Shown: positions 8,246-16,482, counted from the first letter of the stretch. The stretch: 32,000 nt of DNA from Candidatus Saccharibacteria bacterium oral taxon 488 (GCA_010202845.1 CP047921.1:450001-482000); one strand, 5' to 3'. Notes: generated by a model from the letters alone, not told the origin. Program-made: numbers and translations.

Positions 8246-8266
8246 GAGGAGACATCCTCAGTTTTT
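8246..8266 (+). terminator. weak intrinsic terminator candidate after the small-ORF unit
   Basis: GAGGA-gaca-TCCTC followed by aGTTTTT; the stem is only 5 bp. Confidence 0.35.
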
Positions 8267-8276
8267 ATAGTCAAAC

Positions 8277-8306
8277 AATATAAAACGATGAGCGCTGACT
8301 CATCGT
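8277..8306 (-). terminator. intrinsic terminator downstream of tRNA-Leu(CAG)
   Basis: Reverse strand reads ACGATGAG-tcagcg-CTCATCGT followed by TTTTATATT; 8-bp perfect stem. Confidence 0.7.
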
Positions 8307-8314
8307 ATGATTTC

Positions 8315-8401
8315 TGGTGCGGATGAAAGGACTTGAACCTTCACGTACTTGCGTACACTAGCACCTGAAGCTAGCGCGTCTACCAATTCCGCCACATCCG
8401 C
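8315..8401 (-). tRNA. tRNA-Leu (anticodon CAG), type II with long variable arm, CCA encoded
   Basis: Reverse complement GCGGATGTGGCGGAATTGGTAGAC...CTAGC-TTCAGGT-GCTAG...GGTTCAAGTCC...CATCCGCACCA folds as a cloverleaf with anticodon loop TT-CAG-GT. Confidence 0.9.
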
Positions 8402-8414
8402 GTGACTACCGAGT

Positions 8415-8443
8415 ATTATACACGACCGGCCGCTCCTCCGCAA
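8415..8443 (-). promoter_or_regulatory. tRNA-Leu(CAG) promoter TTGCGG-17-TATAAT
   Basis: Reverse strand reads TTGCGGaggagcggccggtcgtgTATAATactcggtagtcac, then the tRNA 5' end at 8401. Confidence 0.55.
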
Positions 8444-8461
8444 GGAGATTTCCCAGCCGTT

Positions 8462-10066
8462 TCAGCCCGCCAGCCGGCACCAAGCATTTAATTCTTCTGC
8501 CAGTTGTTTCATCGGCACAGCAGTCTTGATACCCGGCGCGAGGATGCCTTTTGGATCAAAGATATGCTTGATTTTTGCATACAGGTCACGCTCCTCGGGC
8601 GTCAGTGTTGGCTGAACAAATGCCGCCTTGAGCCGGCCCTCGCCGCCAAATCCCGCGAACGACCCTTCGTGGCTAGTCACGATCCGCATCATGTCCGAGC
8701 AGAGTTTGAGGATACGTTGGCGGTCACTGACCTTTTTGCTCGAGAACACCGGATAACTATTGATCATGCCAGTCGTCGCGTCGATAAACAGCGGCATGGC
8801 CACGCTGTATTCTTTTTCAAGCGCGCGCATCGACTTGATAAAGCCGTCCAGCTGCACGCCCGGCAGCCACATCCCAGAGAATACCTGCGGCATGACACCG
8901 TGCTCATCCGTTGGATGCTCCGCCAAGGTCAGCACTGAATGTAGCGTAAACGCTTCTTTCATTTCCACGTCGCGTAGCTCAACCTGCACAGCCGTGCCAC
9001 CGCGAAGCGCACGTAGTAACTTCTTGGCAGCCTTGCTACGCGCGCGGTCCGAAAACGCGTGAAAGAGCGCCACTACCACGCCACCGCGATAGCATTCTTT
9101 TGGCGCCCATGCTAGTTTTTTACCCTGGGCTGCCGCCCGCGAGAAGAGCCGCCCGTCGATCAGCTCGACTGTCGAGGCGCCCGCTTGCAGGGCCGTGTCA
9201 ACCGCCGCCTGCGCTGCATTCATTGAACTATACGCGGCACTTACCACGGCTAGTTCTGGATGGATGAAGTCAGCTTTCATAATTAGCTCGCCGATGATAC
9301 CGAGGCTGCCTTGAGCGCCGACAAACAGCGGCGTGAGGTCAAACGAGCCGTCGCGCTGCCGCACCTGAGCGATGCTCGAAAAGCCGGCCATCTCTGGCGC
9401 ACTAGCATCAATCCGAGCGATCAGCGCTTCATTATCGGTTATCAAATTATCCAGCTGACGGTATAATTCGCCCTCAAATGTCGCCAGACCCTTCTTCTTG
9501 CTCAGTTCACGCTTCGACAGCCGACCGGTCTGTACAATATCGCCACTTGATAGAACAACTTCCATCTGGTGAATCGACTGGCTCAATAGACCATACGCCG
9601 AGGACAGCATGCCAGCCGCTTCAGTACTAATTGCGCCGCCAATCGTCCCGTCCTCACCCGTCAATGAAATCTCCGGCAGACCCAAACCTTTATGCGTTGA
9701 CAGAACCACTTGCGCCGCTCTGTGAGAAATACCCGACTGGAGGTGAATCAGCTGCTGCTTAGCATCAATTCCGACGACATTATGCATGTGTGCCGCCATG
9801 TCAATGGCGATGCCACGCCCAATCGCCGCACCCGTACTGTCCGTGCCGCATCCGCGCGCATACACCGGCAGGACGTGGCCCTTCTCCGCCAGTTGCGAAC
9901 AAAACCGCAAAATCTTGCGCACATCACTCGTATCTGCTACTCGTGCGATCAACTCCGGCCGGCGCGCAAGCACGCTCCCGTCCCGCTGCGCATCCGCCAG
10001 AGCACCGTCATGCGTCACCACTTCACCCGTCAGATGTTCATTCAAATACGTCGCAACCTTATTCAT
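8462..10066 (-). CDS. FAD-binding oxidoreductase, GlcD / D-lactate dehydrogenase family
   Basis: PCMH-type FAD-binding N-domain (ARGCGTDSTGAAIG) and FAD-linked oxidase C-domain. ATG 10066 (MNKVATYLNEHL) with an AGGGGG SD is preferred; the first 40 codons of the track ORF overlap promoter DNA. Confidence 0.8.
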   Translation of the reverse strand: MNKVATYLNEHLTGEVVTHDGALADAQRDGSVLARRPELIARVADTSDVRKILRFCSQLAEKGHVLPVYARGCGTDSTGAAIGRGIAIDMAAHMHNVVGIDAKQQLIHLQSGISHRAAQVVLSTHKGLGLPEISLTGEDGTIGGAISTEAAGMLSSAYGLLSQSIHQMEVVLSSGDIVQTGRLSKRELSKKKGLATFEGELYRQLDNLITDNEALIARIDASAPEMAGFSSIAQVRQRDGSFDLTPLFVGAQGSLGIIGELIMKADFIHPELAVVSAAYSSMNAAQAAVDTALQAGASTVELIDGRLFSRAAAQGKKLAWAPKECYRGGVVVALFHAFSDRARSKAAKKLLRALRGGTAVQVELRDVEMKEAFTLHSVLTLAEHPTDEHGVMPQVFSGMWLPGVQLDGFIKSMRALEKEYSVAMPLFIDATTGMINSYPVFSSKKVSDRQRILKLCSDMMRIVTSHEGSFAGFGGEGRLKAAFVQPTLTPEERDLYAKIKHIFDPKGILAPGIKTAVPMKQLAEELNAWCRLAG

Positions 10067-10124
10067 AGTCCCCCTTTTTCTATTAATTTCATGATAGCAC
10101 GGTCGAGGTGGAGCGTAAAGTGTA

Positions 10125-10153
10125 TTGCCTGGGCGCGGCGGGTCATGTATAAT
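10125..10153 (+). promoter_or_regulatory. promoter TTGCCT-17-TATAAT for the tRNA-Leu(TAG)/tRNA-Val unit
   Basis: TTGCCTgggcgcggcgggtcatgTATAAT, about 50 nt upstream of the tRNA 5' end. Confidence 0.5.
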
Positions 10154-10205
10154 TAAGGGGTGGATGCGCCTGACAACATGACGCACCTCCTTGACAAGTA
10201 GTTAT

Positions 10206-10290
10206 GCGGATGTGGTGGAATTGGTAGACACGCATGCCTTAGGAGCATGTGCCTCACGGCGTGAAGGTTCAAGTCCTTTCATCCGCACCA
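10206..10290 (+). tRNA. tRNA-Leu (anticodon TAG), type II, CCA encoded
   Basis: GCGGATGTGGTGGAATTGGTAGAC...CATGC-CTTAGGA-GCATG...GGTTCAAGTCC...CATCCGCACCA; anticodon loop CT-TAG-GA. Confidence 0.9.
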
Positions 10291-10304
10291 AGGTTTTATT
10301 TTAT

Positions 10305-10381
10305 GGGAGATTAGCTCAGTTGGCTAGAGCGCACGATTCACATTCGTGAGGTCACAGGTTCGAGCCCTGTATTTCCCACCA
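10305..10381 (+). tRNA. tRNA-Val (anticodon CAC), CCA encoded
   Basis: GGGAGATTAGCTCAGTTGGCTAGAGC...CACGA-TTCACAT-TCGTG...GGTTCGAGCCC...TCCCACCA cloverleaf. Confidence 0.9.
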
Positions 10382-10384
10382 TCA

Positions 10385-10413
10385 TTGCATTTTTGTAAAA
10401 TATATGATATAAT
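10385..10413 (+). promoter_or_regulatory. promoter TTGCAT-17-(TGa)TATAAT upstream of orphan 10450-10884
   Basis: TTGCATttttgtaaaatatatgaTATAAT, starting 4 nt after the tRNA-Val 3' end. Confidence 0.55.
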
Positions 10414-10449
10414 AAAAAGCGTAGTATTTAATAATCTACACTTTTTATT

Positions 10450-10884
10450 ATGCCAGAGAAAATTACTGCAGAAATCGGTGTTTTTGATATTCCGCGATCC
10501 GAAGAAGAAAACTATAACCAGCCCATAGGCCTGGCAATCTGTGGCGGCACGAAGGACATAGCTAGGGTTACTATTGCTCTTGCCAACCACGGGCATCACA
10601 GCGACCTATATTCGCAACTACTAGAAGAGATAACCAACAAAGAGAGAATGCCTGGGCTGTATTTTAATGGAGTGGACGCTTACAGATTTTTGAATAACAC
10701 AGATAAACTACCGACAGTAAATTATATAGACAGAGGCGATAGTTATCGAAAAATAGCAGCCCAAGCGCTATATACAGCCTTCATGACCCAGTCCCACCTT
10801 TATATACCGGCTGACAATTCATTACGCTCTCTGCGGATTAGACGTAACCAGCTAGAAAAGGCAGTTTTTCAGACCTTGACTTAA
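10450..10884 (+). CDS. hypothetical protein (144 aa), AT-rich orphan
   Basis: Intact ORF directly downstream of tRNA-Val with its own TTGCAT-17-TGaTATAAT promoter. No motif recognised and no SD. Confidence 0.5.
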   Translation: MPEKITAEIGVFDIPRSEEENYNQPIGLAICGGTKDIARVTIALANHGHHSDLYSQLLEEITNKERMPGLYFNGVDAYRFLNNTDKLPTVNYIDRGDSYRKIAAQALYTAFMTQSHLYIPADNSLRSLRIRRNQLEKAVFQTLT

Positions 10885-10888
10885 TATG

Positions 10889-10897
10889 TGGTATAAT
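10889..10897 (+). promoter_or_regulatory. extended -10 element TGgTATAAT upstream of typA
   Basis: atgTGgTATAATtaacg. No well-spaced -35 box, as is common for extended -10 promoters. Confidence 0.5.
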
Positions 10898-10907
10898 TAA
10901 CGAGAAT

Positions 10908-10942
10908 AAGGAGGTCTGTGATTAACATCAGACCATATTTTT
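10908..10942 (+). promoter_or_regulatory. typA leader: AAGGAGG SD partly buried in a hairpin, 28 nt from the ATG
   Basis: AAGGAGG (10908-10914). Stem GGTCTG (10913-10918) / CAGACC (10929-10934) with a 10-nt loop, then 8 nt to ATG 10943. Confidence 0.45.
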
Positions 10943-12766
10943 ATGAAAGACGCTAGCAAGATTCGAAATATTGCCATTATTGCCCACGTCGATCACGGCA
11001 AGACGACCATGGTTGACGGGCTGCTCAAACAGTCGCGTACATTCCGCGACAATCAGGCTGAGATGAGCCAAGAATTGATCATGGATTCGGGCGATCAGGA
11101 ACACGAACGCGGTATCACCATCACCGCCAAACAGACCTCGATTTTTTACGGTGATTATAAAATCAACATCATCGACACGCCGGGACATGCGGACTTTTCG
11201 GGCGAGGTCGAGAGGACATTGCAGATGGCGGATGGTGTCTTGCTGATCGTTGATGCGCAGGAAGGGCCGATGCCGCAGACTAAGTTTGTGCTGAGTAAGG
11301 CGCTAGAGCTGGGCTTGAAGCCAGTGGTGGTGATTAATAAAATTGATAAGCCAGCCAGGCGAATCGCCGAGGTTGAAGATGAACTGAGCGATCTGTTTCT
11401 GGAGCTAGCAACCGATGATAGCCAGCTACACTATCCGATTTATTATGCGATCGGGCGCGATGGCAAAGCGTGGAAGGAGATTCCTACCGACCCGACTGAA
11501 GACGCCGACCTCACACCGATTTTTGAAGCGATTATCAACGATATCCCGGCGCCGAGCGTCACGGCTGATGGCGGTTTTCAGATGCTGGTAACCAGCCTGC
11601 AGTACGACACCTTCCAGGGTAAATATGCCATCGGGCGGATCGCTCGTGGGTCGGTTAAGCGCGGCCTAGCGGTTAGTTTACTAAAGCACGGCGAGGTGTC
11701 AGGCTCAGCGCGAATTGAGAAAGTTTTTGGCTACCGCGGACTGAACCGCGAAGAGCTTGACGAGGCGTTTGCTGGCGACATTGTGGCATTGGTCGGCGTC
11801 AGTGAAGCGCACATTGGCGATACGATTGCCGACAAAGAACAGCCCGAAGCCTTACCGGCGATTGCTATTGAAGCGCCGACATTGAGCATGTACCTCGGCC
11901 CGAATACCAGCCCGATGAAAGGGCGCGAGGGCGAATTTACCACCTCGCGGCAAATTGGCGACCGATTGCGGCGAGAACTGGAAACCAACGTAGCACTGCG
12001 CGTTGAAGAAAACGGGATCGGCTTTACGGTGTCTGGCCGCGGCGAGCTGCACCTCAGCGTCTTGATCGAGACCATGCGGCGCGAAGGCTTTGAGTTCGAA
12101 GTTGGCCGCCCGCAAGTGGTCACCATCACCGAGGACGGCGTCGAAAAAGAGCCAATTGAAGAACTGCAAATCGAAATTAGCAGCGAATTTATCGGCGCGA
12201 TTAGCCAAGAATTGGGTGCACGCCACGCTGAAATGAAATCGCAAGAAACCACCGCCAGCGGCGCTACCCGCATCACCTATGTGCTGCCGACGAGAGCATT
12301 GATCGGCCTGCGAAACGTACTCTTGACCGCCACCAAAGGCACGGTGATTATGAATTCCCTGCCGCATGGCTATCAACCGCTGGACGGCAAATTGCCGAAA
12401 ACCCGCGGCGGCGTGCTCATCGCCTTTGAGGCTGGCACCACCACGCCGTATGCTCTACAGGCGGCCGAAGCTCGTGGCGAACTCTTGGTCGGACCTGGCA
12501 CGGAAGTGTACGCTGGGATGATCGTCGGTATTTATAATCGCCAAGAAGACATTGAGATTAACGTCTGTAAGGCTAAGCATCTAACCAACATGCGTTCCAA
12601 ATCGTCCGACGGCACGGTACAGCTGACACCATTTACCCAGTTTAGCCTGGAGCAATGCATCGACTTCATCGAGGACGACGAACTGCTGGAGGTGACGCCA
12701 AAATCCTTGCGCCTGCGTAAACGCTACCTTGACGCTAATGAGCGAAAGCGCGCCAACAAGCGGTAG
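10943..12766 (+). CDS. typA: translational GTPase TypA/BipA
   Basis: 607 aa. IRNIAIIAHVDHGKTT (G1), DTPGHADF (G3), NKIDK (G4), EF-G-like domains and the BipA-specific C-terminus. Confidence 0.95.
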   Translation: MKDASKIRNIAIIAHVDHGKTTMVDGLLKQSRTFRDNQAEMSQELIMDSGDQEHERGITITAKQTSIFYGDYKINIIDTPGHADFSGEVERTLQMADGVLLIVDAQEGPMPQTKFVLSKALELGLKPVVVINKIDKPARRIAEVEDELSDLFLELATDDSQLHYPIYYAIGRDGKAWKEIPTDPTEDADLTPIFEAIINDIPAPSVTADGGFQMLVTSLQYDTFQGKYAIGRIARGSVKRGLAVSLLKHGEVSGSARIEKVFGYRGLNREELDEAFAGDIVALVGVSEAHIGDTIADKEQPEALPAIAIEAPTLSMYLGPNTSPMKGREGEFTTSRQIGDRLRRELETNVALRVEENGIGFTVSGRGELHLSVLIETMRREGFEFEVGRPQVVTITEDGVEKEPIEELQIEISSEFIGAISQELGARHAEMKSQETTASGATRITYVLPTRALIGLRNVLLTATKGTVIMNSLPHGYQPLDGKLPKTRGGVLIAFEAGTTTPYALQAAEARGELLVGPGTEVYAGMIVGIYNRQEDIEINVCKAKHLTNMRSKSSDGTVQLTPFTQFSLEQCIDFIEDDELLEVTPKSLRLRKRYLDANERKRANKR

Positions 12767-12858
12767 GCCCCGCCCCGATAAACTCCCGACTGACAGAATA
12801 CATAAGAAACTTAACGTTACTATAGATTATCCCACGGTAACACGCTATACTTAACCAT

Positions 12859-14457
12859 ATGCTTCCCAAAAAAACCACAACAATTATCAAGCGCACGTTA
12901 GCCCGCACCGCCCAGCGCATCACACCAATCGACCGCAAAGATCCCGACGAAAAGCTCGGGCAGTTGTTTCATGAGGTGCAGTCACACCGCGTGTTTGCCG
13001 ATGGTAAAACTTTCGTCGATCTCGTGCCGCGAAAGCGCGCCACCCGCATCCTCCAAGAGTATCGCCTGGCCCGACGTGATCCCAACTTTCGGCTGGATGA
13101 ATTTGTGAAGCTACATTTTTATGAATTTGAATCGCCGATCAAAAAGGTGAGCTTTGTCCAGGCTGACTCCGCCAGGCAGCACGTCACCAACCTTTGGCCG
13201 CTGCTCATCCGCCGCGCCCACAAGTCGAAGGGTTCGCTGATCGCCCTGCCGCACGACTACGTGGTGCCGGGCGGTCGATTTGCTGAGCAATTTTACTGGG
13301 ATACGTATTTTATCATGCTGGGTCTGGCGGCGGACGGCAAGTGGAAGCTGATCGACGGCATGATGAAAAATTATGTGTACATGATTCAGCGCTTTGGTTT
13401 CATTCCGACCGCCAACCGGACGTACTTCCTCAGTCGCAGCCAGCCACCGTTTTTTGCGGCGATGGTCAAGCTCCTCGCCAGCAAACCCGGCCGGCGCGCC
13501 CCGAGCTTGACGTACCTCGAGTACTTTCCCTCACTACTGGCCGAATATAAATTCTGGATGAAAGGCCAGCGCAAACTTTCGAGCATTGACTTTATGGCCA
13601 CCAACCGCGTAGTAGCCATGCCCGATGGCCAGGTGCTCAATCGCTACTACGACGACAAGGCCACGCCGCGCCCAGAAAGTCGCCGCGAAGATATCGAAAC
13701 CGCCAGGAACAGTCGCTCCGCCAACAAGACTAAGGTCTATCTCGACCTGCGGGCCGGGGCTGAGAGTGGTTGGGATTTCAGCTCGCGCTGGTTTAGTGAT
13801 CCGCACGACATTGAAACGATTCAAACGACTGACCTCGTGCCGATTGACCTGAACTGTTTGTTGTACGAACTAGAGATGACGATCGCCCATTGTTACGGCG
13901 TGCTGCGTCAGGCACCGCTCAAGAAACGCTTTATCCGCCTGGCCGAGCGCCGCGCCGAGAGCATCCGCCAGCACTGTTGGAATGAAACCGACGGCTTTTT
14001 CTATGATTATAATTTCCGCACCGGTCATCAGACGAGCCACGCCACACTGGCCGGCGTCTTCCCGCTCTACAGCGGTATCGCCACCAAGAAACAAGCCAAG
14101 CGCGTGGCCGAGAAATTAGAGCGCGAGTTTTTGCGCGATGGTGGACTGCGGATGACGCTGGTTGACAATGGTCAGCAATGGGACGCGCCGAATGGCTGGG
14201 CGCCGCTACAATGGGTGGCGGTTTGCGGCTTGAAGCGGTATGGGCTGGATGAGCTAGCAGAGGAAATTAGAAAGCGCTGGCTGGCTTCAACCGAACGCGT
14301 CTTTGCTGACCAGGGTAAGATGATCGAGAAATATGATGTCGATAGTGAATCACGCATCGGCGGTGGCGGTGAGTATCCATTACAAGACGGCTTCGGCTGG
14401 ACCAATGGCGTGTACGCGGCGCTGTATGATCGGTTTGATGAGCGCTGCCCAAAGTAG
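12859..14457 (+). CDS. alpha,alpha-trehalase (GH37), apparently cytoplasmic
   Basis: Both GH37 signatures are present: PGGRFAEQFYWDTYF and QQWDAPNGWAPL, plus DLRAGAESGWDFSSRW. No N-terminal signal peptide visible. Confidence 0.9.
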   Translation: MLPKKTTTIIKRTLARTAQRITPIDRKDPDEKLGQLFHEVQSHRVFADGKTFVDLVPRKRATRILQEYRLARRDPNFRLDEFVKLHFYEFESPIKKVSFVQADSARQHVTNLWPLLIRRAHKSKGSLIALPHDYVVPGGRFAEQFYWDTYFIMLGLAADGKWKLIDGMMKNYVYMIQRFGFIPTANRTYFLSRSQPPFFAAMVKLLASKPGRRAPSLTYLEYFPSLLAEYKFWMKGQRKLSSIDFMATNRVVAMPDGQVLNRYYDDKATPRPESRREDIETARNSRSANKTKVYLDLRAGAESGWDFSSRWFSDPHDIETIQTTDLVPIDLNCLLYELEMTIAHCYGVLRQAPLKKRFIRLAERRAESIRQHCWNETDGFFYDYNFRTGHQTSHATLAGVFPLYSGIATKKQAKRVAEKLEREFLRDGGLRMTLVDNGQQWDAPNGWAPLQWVAVCGLKRYGLDELAEEIRKRWLASTERVFADQGKMIEKYDVDSESRIGGGGEYPLQDGFGWTNGVYAALYDRFDERCPK

Positions 14458-14458
14458 G

Positions 14459-15643
14459 CTAATTCTTGGTCGGACGCGGAATGTCTTCCGGCAAAAACCC
14501 CTTTTCGTGCTGGAAGCCAGCTTGCCATTTGTAATCTTTGCCATAGCCCAAATCTTTCATTAATTTAGTGGCTGCATTTCGAAGGTGTAGCGGCACCGGC
14601 GAGTTCGGATATTTGTGCGCCAGAGAAAAAGCATCATTCATCAAATCAGTAATTTCGCGCGATTTCTGGCTGCGCGCCAGAGCGATAGCGCAGTGGAATA
14701 AATTATATTTGGCCTCAGGCAAGCCAACGCGCTCCACCGCTTCAAAGGTGGCGACTGCCAGACTTAGCGCGCCGTTACCCACCAGCCCAATGTCTTCTGA
14801 CGCAAAGATAACCATCCGCCGAGCAATGAACTTCGGATCTTCACCAGCCTCAATCATACGCGCCAAATAATATGCCGCAGCCACCGCATCACTACCGCGT
14901 AGTGATTTGATGAACGCCGAGATGACGTCATAATGCGCATCGCCCTTTTTATCATAACCCGGCAGTCGCCGCTGGGCCGCTGCCTTGACAACCTCTGGCG
15001 TGACTTTCTCGCCAAAACTCAGCGCCAACTCCAAATTACCCAAGGCCACCCGCGCGTCGCCGCCCGCCAATTCCGCCAGATAATCCAAAGCTTTGGGCGA
15101 CACCCGCTTGGTTTGTCTCAAAACTTTCAGCGCCCGCTTCAACACTAGTATAATTTCATCTTTGGTCAGTTGGTGGAGCACCAGCACCCGCGTTCGGCTG
15201 AGCAGCGGCGTGATCACCTCGAAGCTCGGGTTCTCGGTGGTCGCACCAATCAAAGTAATCAGCCCGCTCTCGACGTGCGGCAAAAACGCATCCTGCTGCG
15301 CCTTATTAAATCGATGAATTTCGTCAACAAATAGAATTGTCCTGAGGCCCAAATTCCAATTTTGCCTGGCATGTTCGATCACCCGTTCGACATCTTTTTT
15401 GCCGCTAGTGACCGCCGACAGCTCGACAAATTCAGCATTAACTTCGTTGGCAATAATCCGCGCCAACGTCGTCTTGCCCGTCCCTGGCGGCCCCCACAAA
15501 ATCAAGCTAACCGGCTCACCACGCTTAACAATTTGGCGAAGTAACTCGCCCTCGCCCAGCAAATGATTTTGTCCAATCACCTCATCCAAGGTTTGCGGCC
15601 GCATCTGCTCCGCCAGGGGTTGTCGCGCGTCCATTACCACCAA
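14459..15643 (-). CDS. rarA: replication-associated recombination protein A (AAA+ ATPase)
   Basis: MRPQTLDEVIGQ, Walker A GPPGTGKTT, Walker B LFVDEIHRFNK, MgsA C-terminal domain (YDVISAFIKSLRGSD). Confidence 0.9.
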   Translation of the reverse strand: MVVMDARQPLAEQMRPQTLDEVIGQNHLLGEGELLRQIVKRGEPVSLILWGPPGTGKTTLARIIANEVNAEFVELSAVTSGKKDVERVIEHARQNWNLGLRTILFVDEIHRFNKAQQDAFLPHVESGLITLIGATTENPSFEVITPLLSRTRVLVLHQLTKDEIILVLKRALKVLRQTKRVSPKALDYLAELAGGDARVALGNLELALSFGEKVTPEVVKAAAQRRLPGYDKKGDAHYDVISAFIKSLRGSDAVAAAYYLARMIEAGEDPKFIARRMVIFASEDIGLVGNGALSLAVATFEAVERVGLPEAKYNLFHCAIALARSQKSREITDLMNDAFSLAHKYPNSPVPLHLRNAATKLMKDLGYGKDYKWQAGFQHEKGFLPEDIPRPTKN

Positions 15644-16479
15644 TTATCCCCTCGCGGACGATACTGCGAAAAGTGTGAAAAACAATCAGCCGGTCGCCGC
15701 CCGAGCGGTTTTGTCTGCAGACGTAACCCTCGATCAATCTGCTGAGCGCTTCCGCAGACTGCCGCAAACTCCGGCGACGCCACGTACTCTCGCCACGTCA
15801 TCCCATCCAGCGGCACATACTGCTCCAACATATCCAGTGTCGTTTGATGCATGCTGTCTGCCCCCGCCTGACCAGCCTCGCGACGAGACCGGCACCGCCC
15901 AGGCGCCGTCATTTCCGGCGGCAACGCGCAGCCAGCCCAGTGTAAAACCTGCGCTGCTGCTACATTAACCAGACCAGCGCCGCCAGAACAACAACTGGTC
16001 AGTCGCACAAGTGCCGCGTGACGTTCCGCCTCATCAGTGGTGAGCGGTACGACTAGTGTACGACCGGCCTTAATCGCCATCTCATATGTCAATCGCTTTT
16101 GGTCAAGCTCACCGAATAGATTATCTAGCTGCCTGCTGCTATCTTTGATACTATCGACCAGTGGCGGCAGATTACCAACTGCCTCCCTAAGAAGCTCAGG
16201 CTCGCGCTCACCATACTCACGCAACTGGACAGCCTGAGATATCCGCCACAACCCCCCTATCGCCACCGCTATACCACCAAAAAATGTTACCTGCTGACCA
16301 GCTTCTGGTAACACATTATGCCACACTTCACTCGATAGAGCTGTCAACATGCCGGCGACTGCACTAATATTACCGACAACCTCACGCCCACTGCACCCAG
16401 TCATTGCGTCACTACTACCGATGACCTCAGGTGACAGTGATCTATTTCTCCTATTTCTTTCACTCTCCGCCATCATCAT
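15634..16479 (-). CDS. hypothetical membrane protein (281 aa)
   Basis: Starts with three consecutive ATGs just downstream of a TGaTATAAT box. Two hydrophobic segments (ISAVAGMLTALS, VTFFGGIAVAIGGLW) precede a soluble Cys-containing C-terminal part. Its stop overlaps the rarA start by 10 nt. No family recognised. Confidence 0.55.
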   Translation of the reverse strand: MMMAESERNRRNRSLSPEVIGSSDAMTGCSGREVVGNISAVAGMLTALSSEVWHNVLPEAGQQVTFFGGIAVAIGGLWRISQAVQLREYGEREPELLREAVGNLPPLVDSIKDSSRQLDNLFGELDQKRLTYEMAIKAGRTLVVPLTTDEAERHAALVRLTSCCSGGAGLVNVAAAQVLHWAGCALPPEMTAPGRCRSRREAGQAGADSMHQTTLDMLEQYVPLDGMTWREYVASPEFAAVCGSAQQIDRGLRLQTKPLGRRPADCFSHFSQYRPRGDNWW

Positions 16480-16482
16480 TTC

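Noticed and set aside
8504-10156. Several plus-strand ORFs of 92-148 aa within the FAD oxidase gene
   Set aside because: They are antisense to a 534-aa ORF with FAD-oxidase motifs. Their Arg/His-rich composition is typical of reverse-frame artefacts.
10067-10186. N-terminal extensions in the ORF track. Affected ORFs: oxidase 10067-10186, hisS 6948-6986, trmH-like 7545-7592, ddl 16431-16538, paralogue A 25527-25634, GH16 19770-19787, small ORF 7741-7812, clpP 2768-2776
   Set aside because: The extensions start at non-ATG codons, run through promoter boxes, hairpins or the neighbouring gene, and add non-homologous residues ahead of canonical family N-termini. Internal ATGs with an SD or an abutting -10 box fit better.
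8140-10449. tRNA-flanked segments considered as integrated mobile elements (tRNA-Leu, tRNA-Val; also tRNA-Gly at 21138-21213)
   Set aside because: I found no integrase, recombinase or transposase gene and no direct repeat of any tRNA 3' end downstream. Only compositional hints remain, and these are reported as findings with low weight.
10324-10599. 91-aa minus-strand ORF overlapping tRNA-Val and the 5' end of the orphan gene
   Set aside because: It overlaps a tRNA gene and a promoter. It is an AT-rich chance ORF with no start context.
11731-12376. Two long minus-strand ORFs (181 and 174 aa) inside typA
   Set aside because: They are antisense shadows of a highly conserved GTPase gene, with low-complexity Ser/Arg-rich translations.
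12868-12874. A7 homopolymer in codons 4-6 of the trehalase gene, considered as a phase-variation tract
   Set aside because: Seven residues is short for slipped-strand switching, and the reading frame is intact. There is no supporting evidence.
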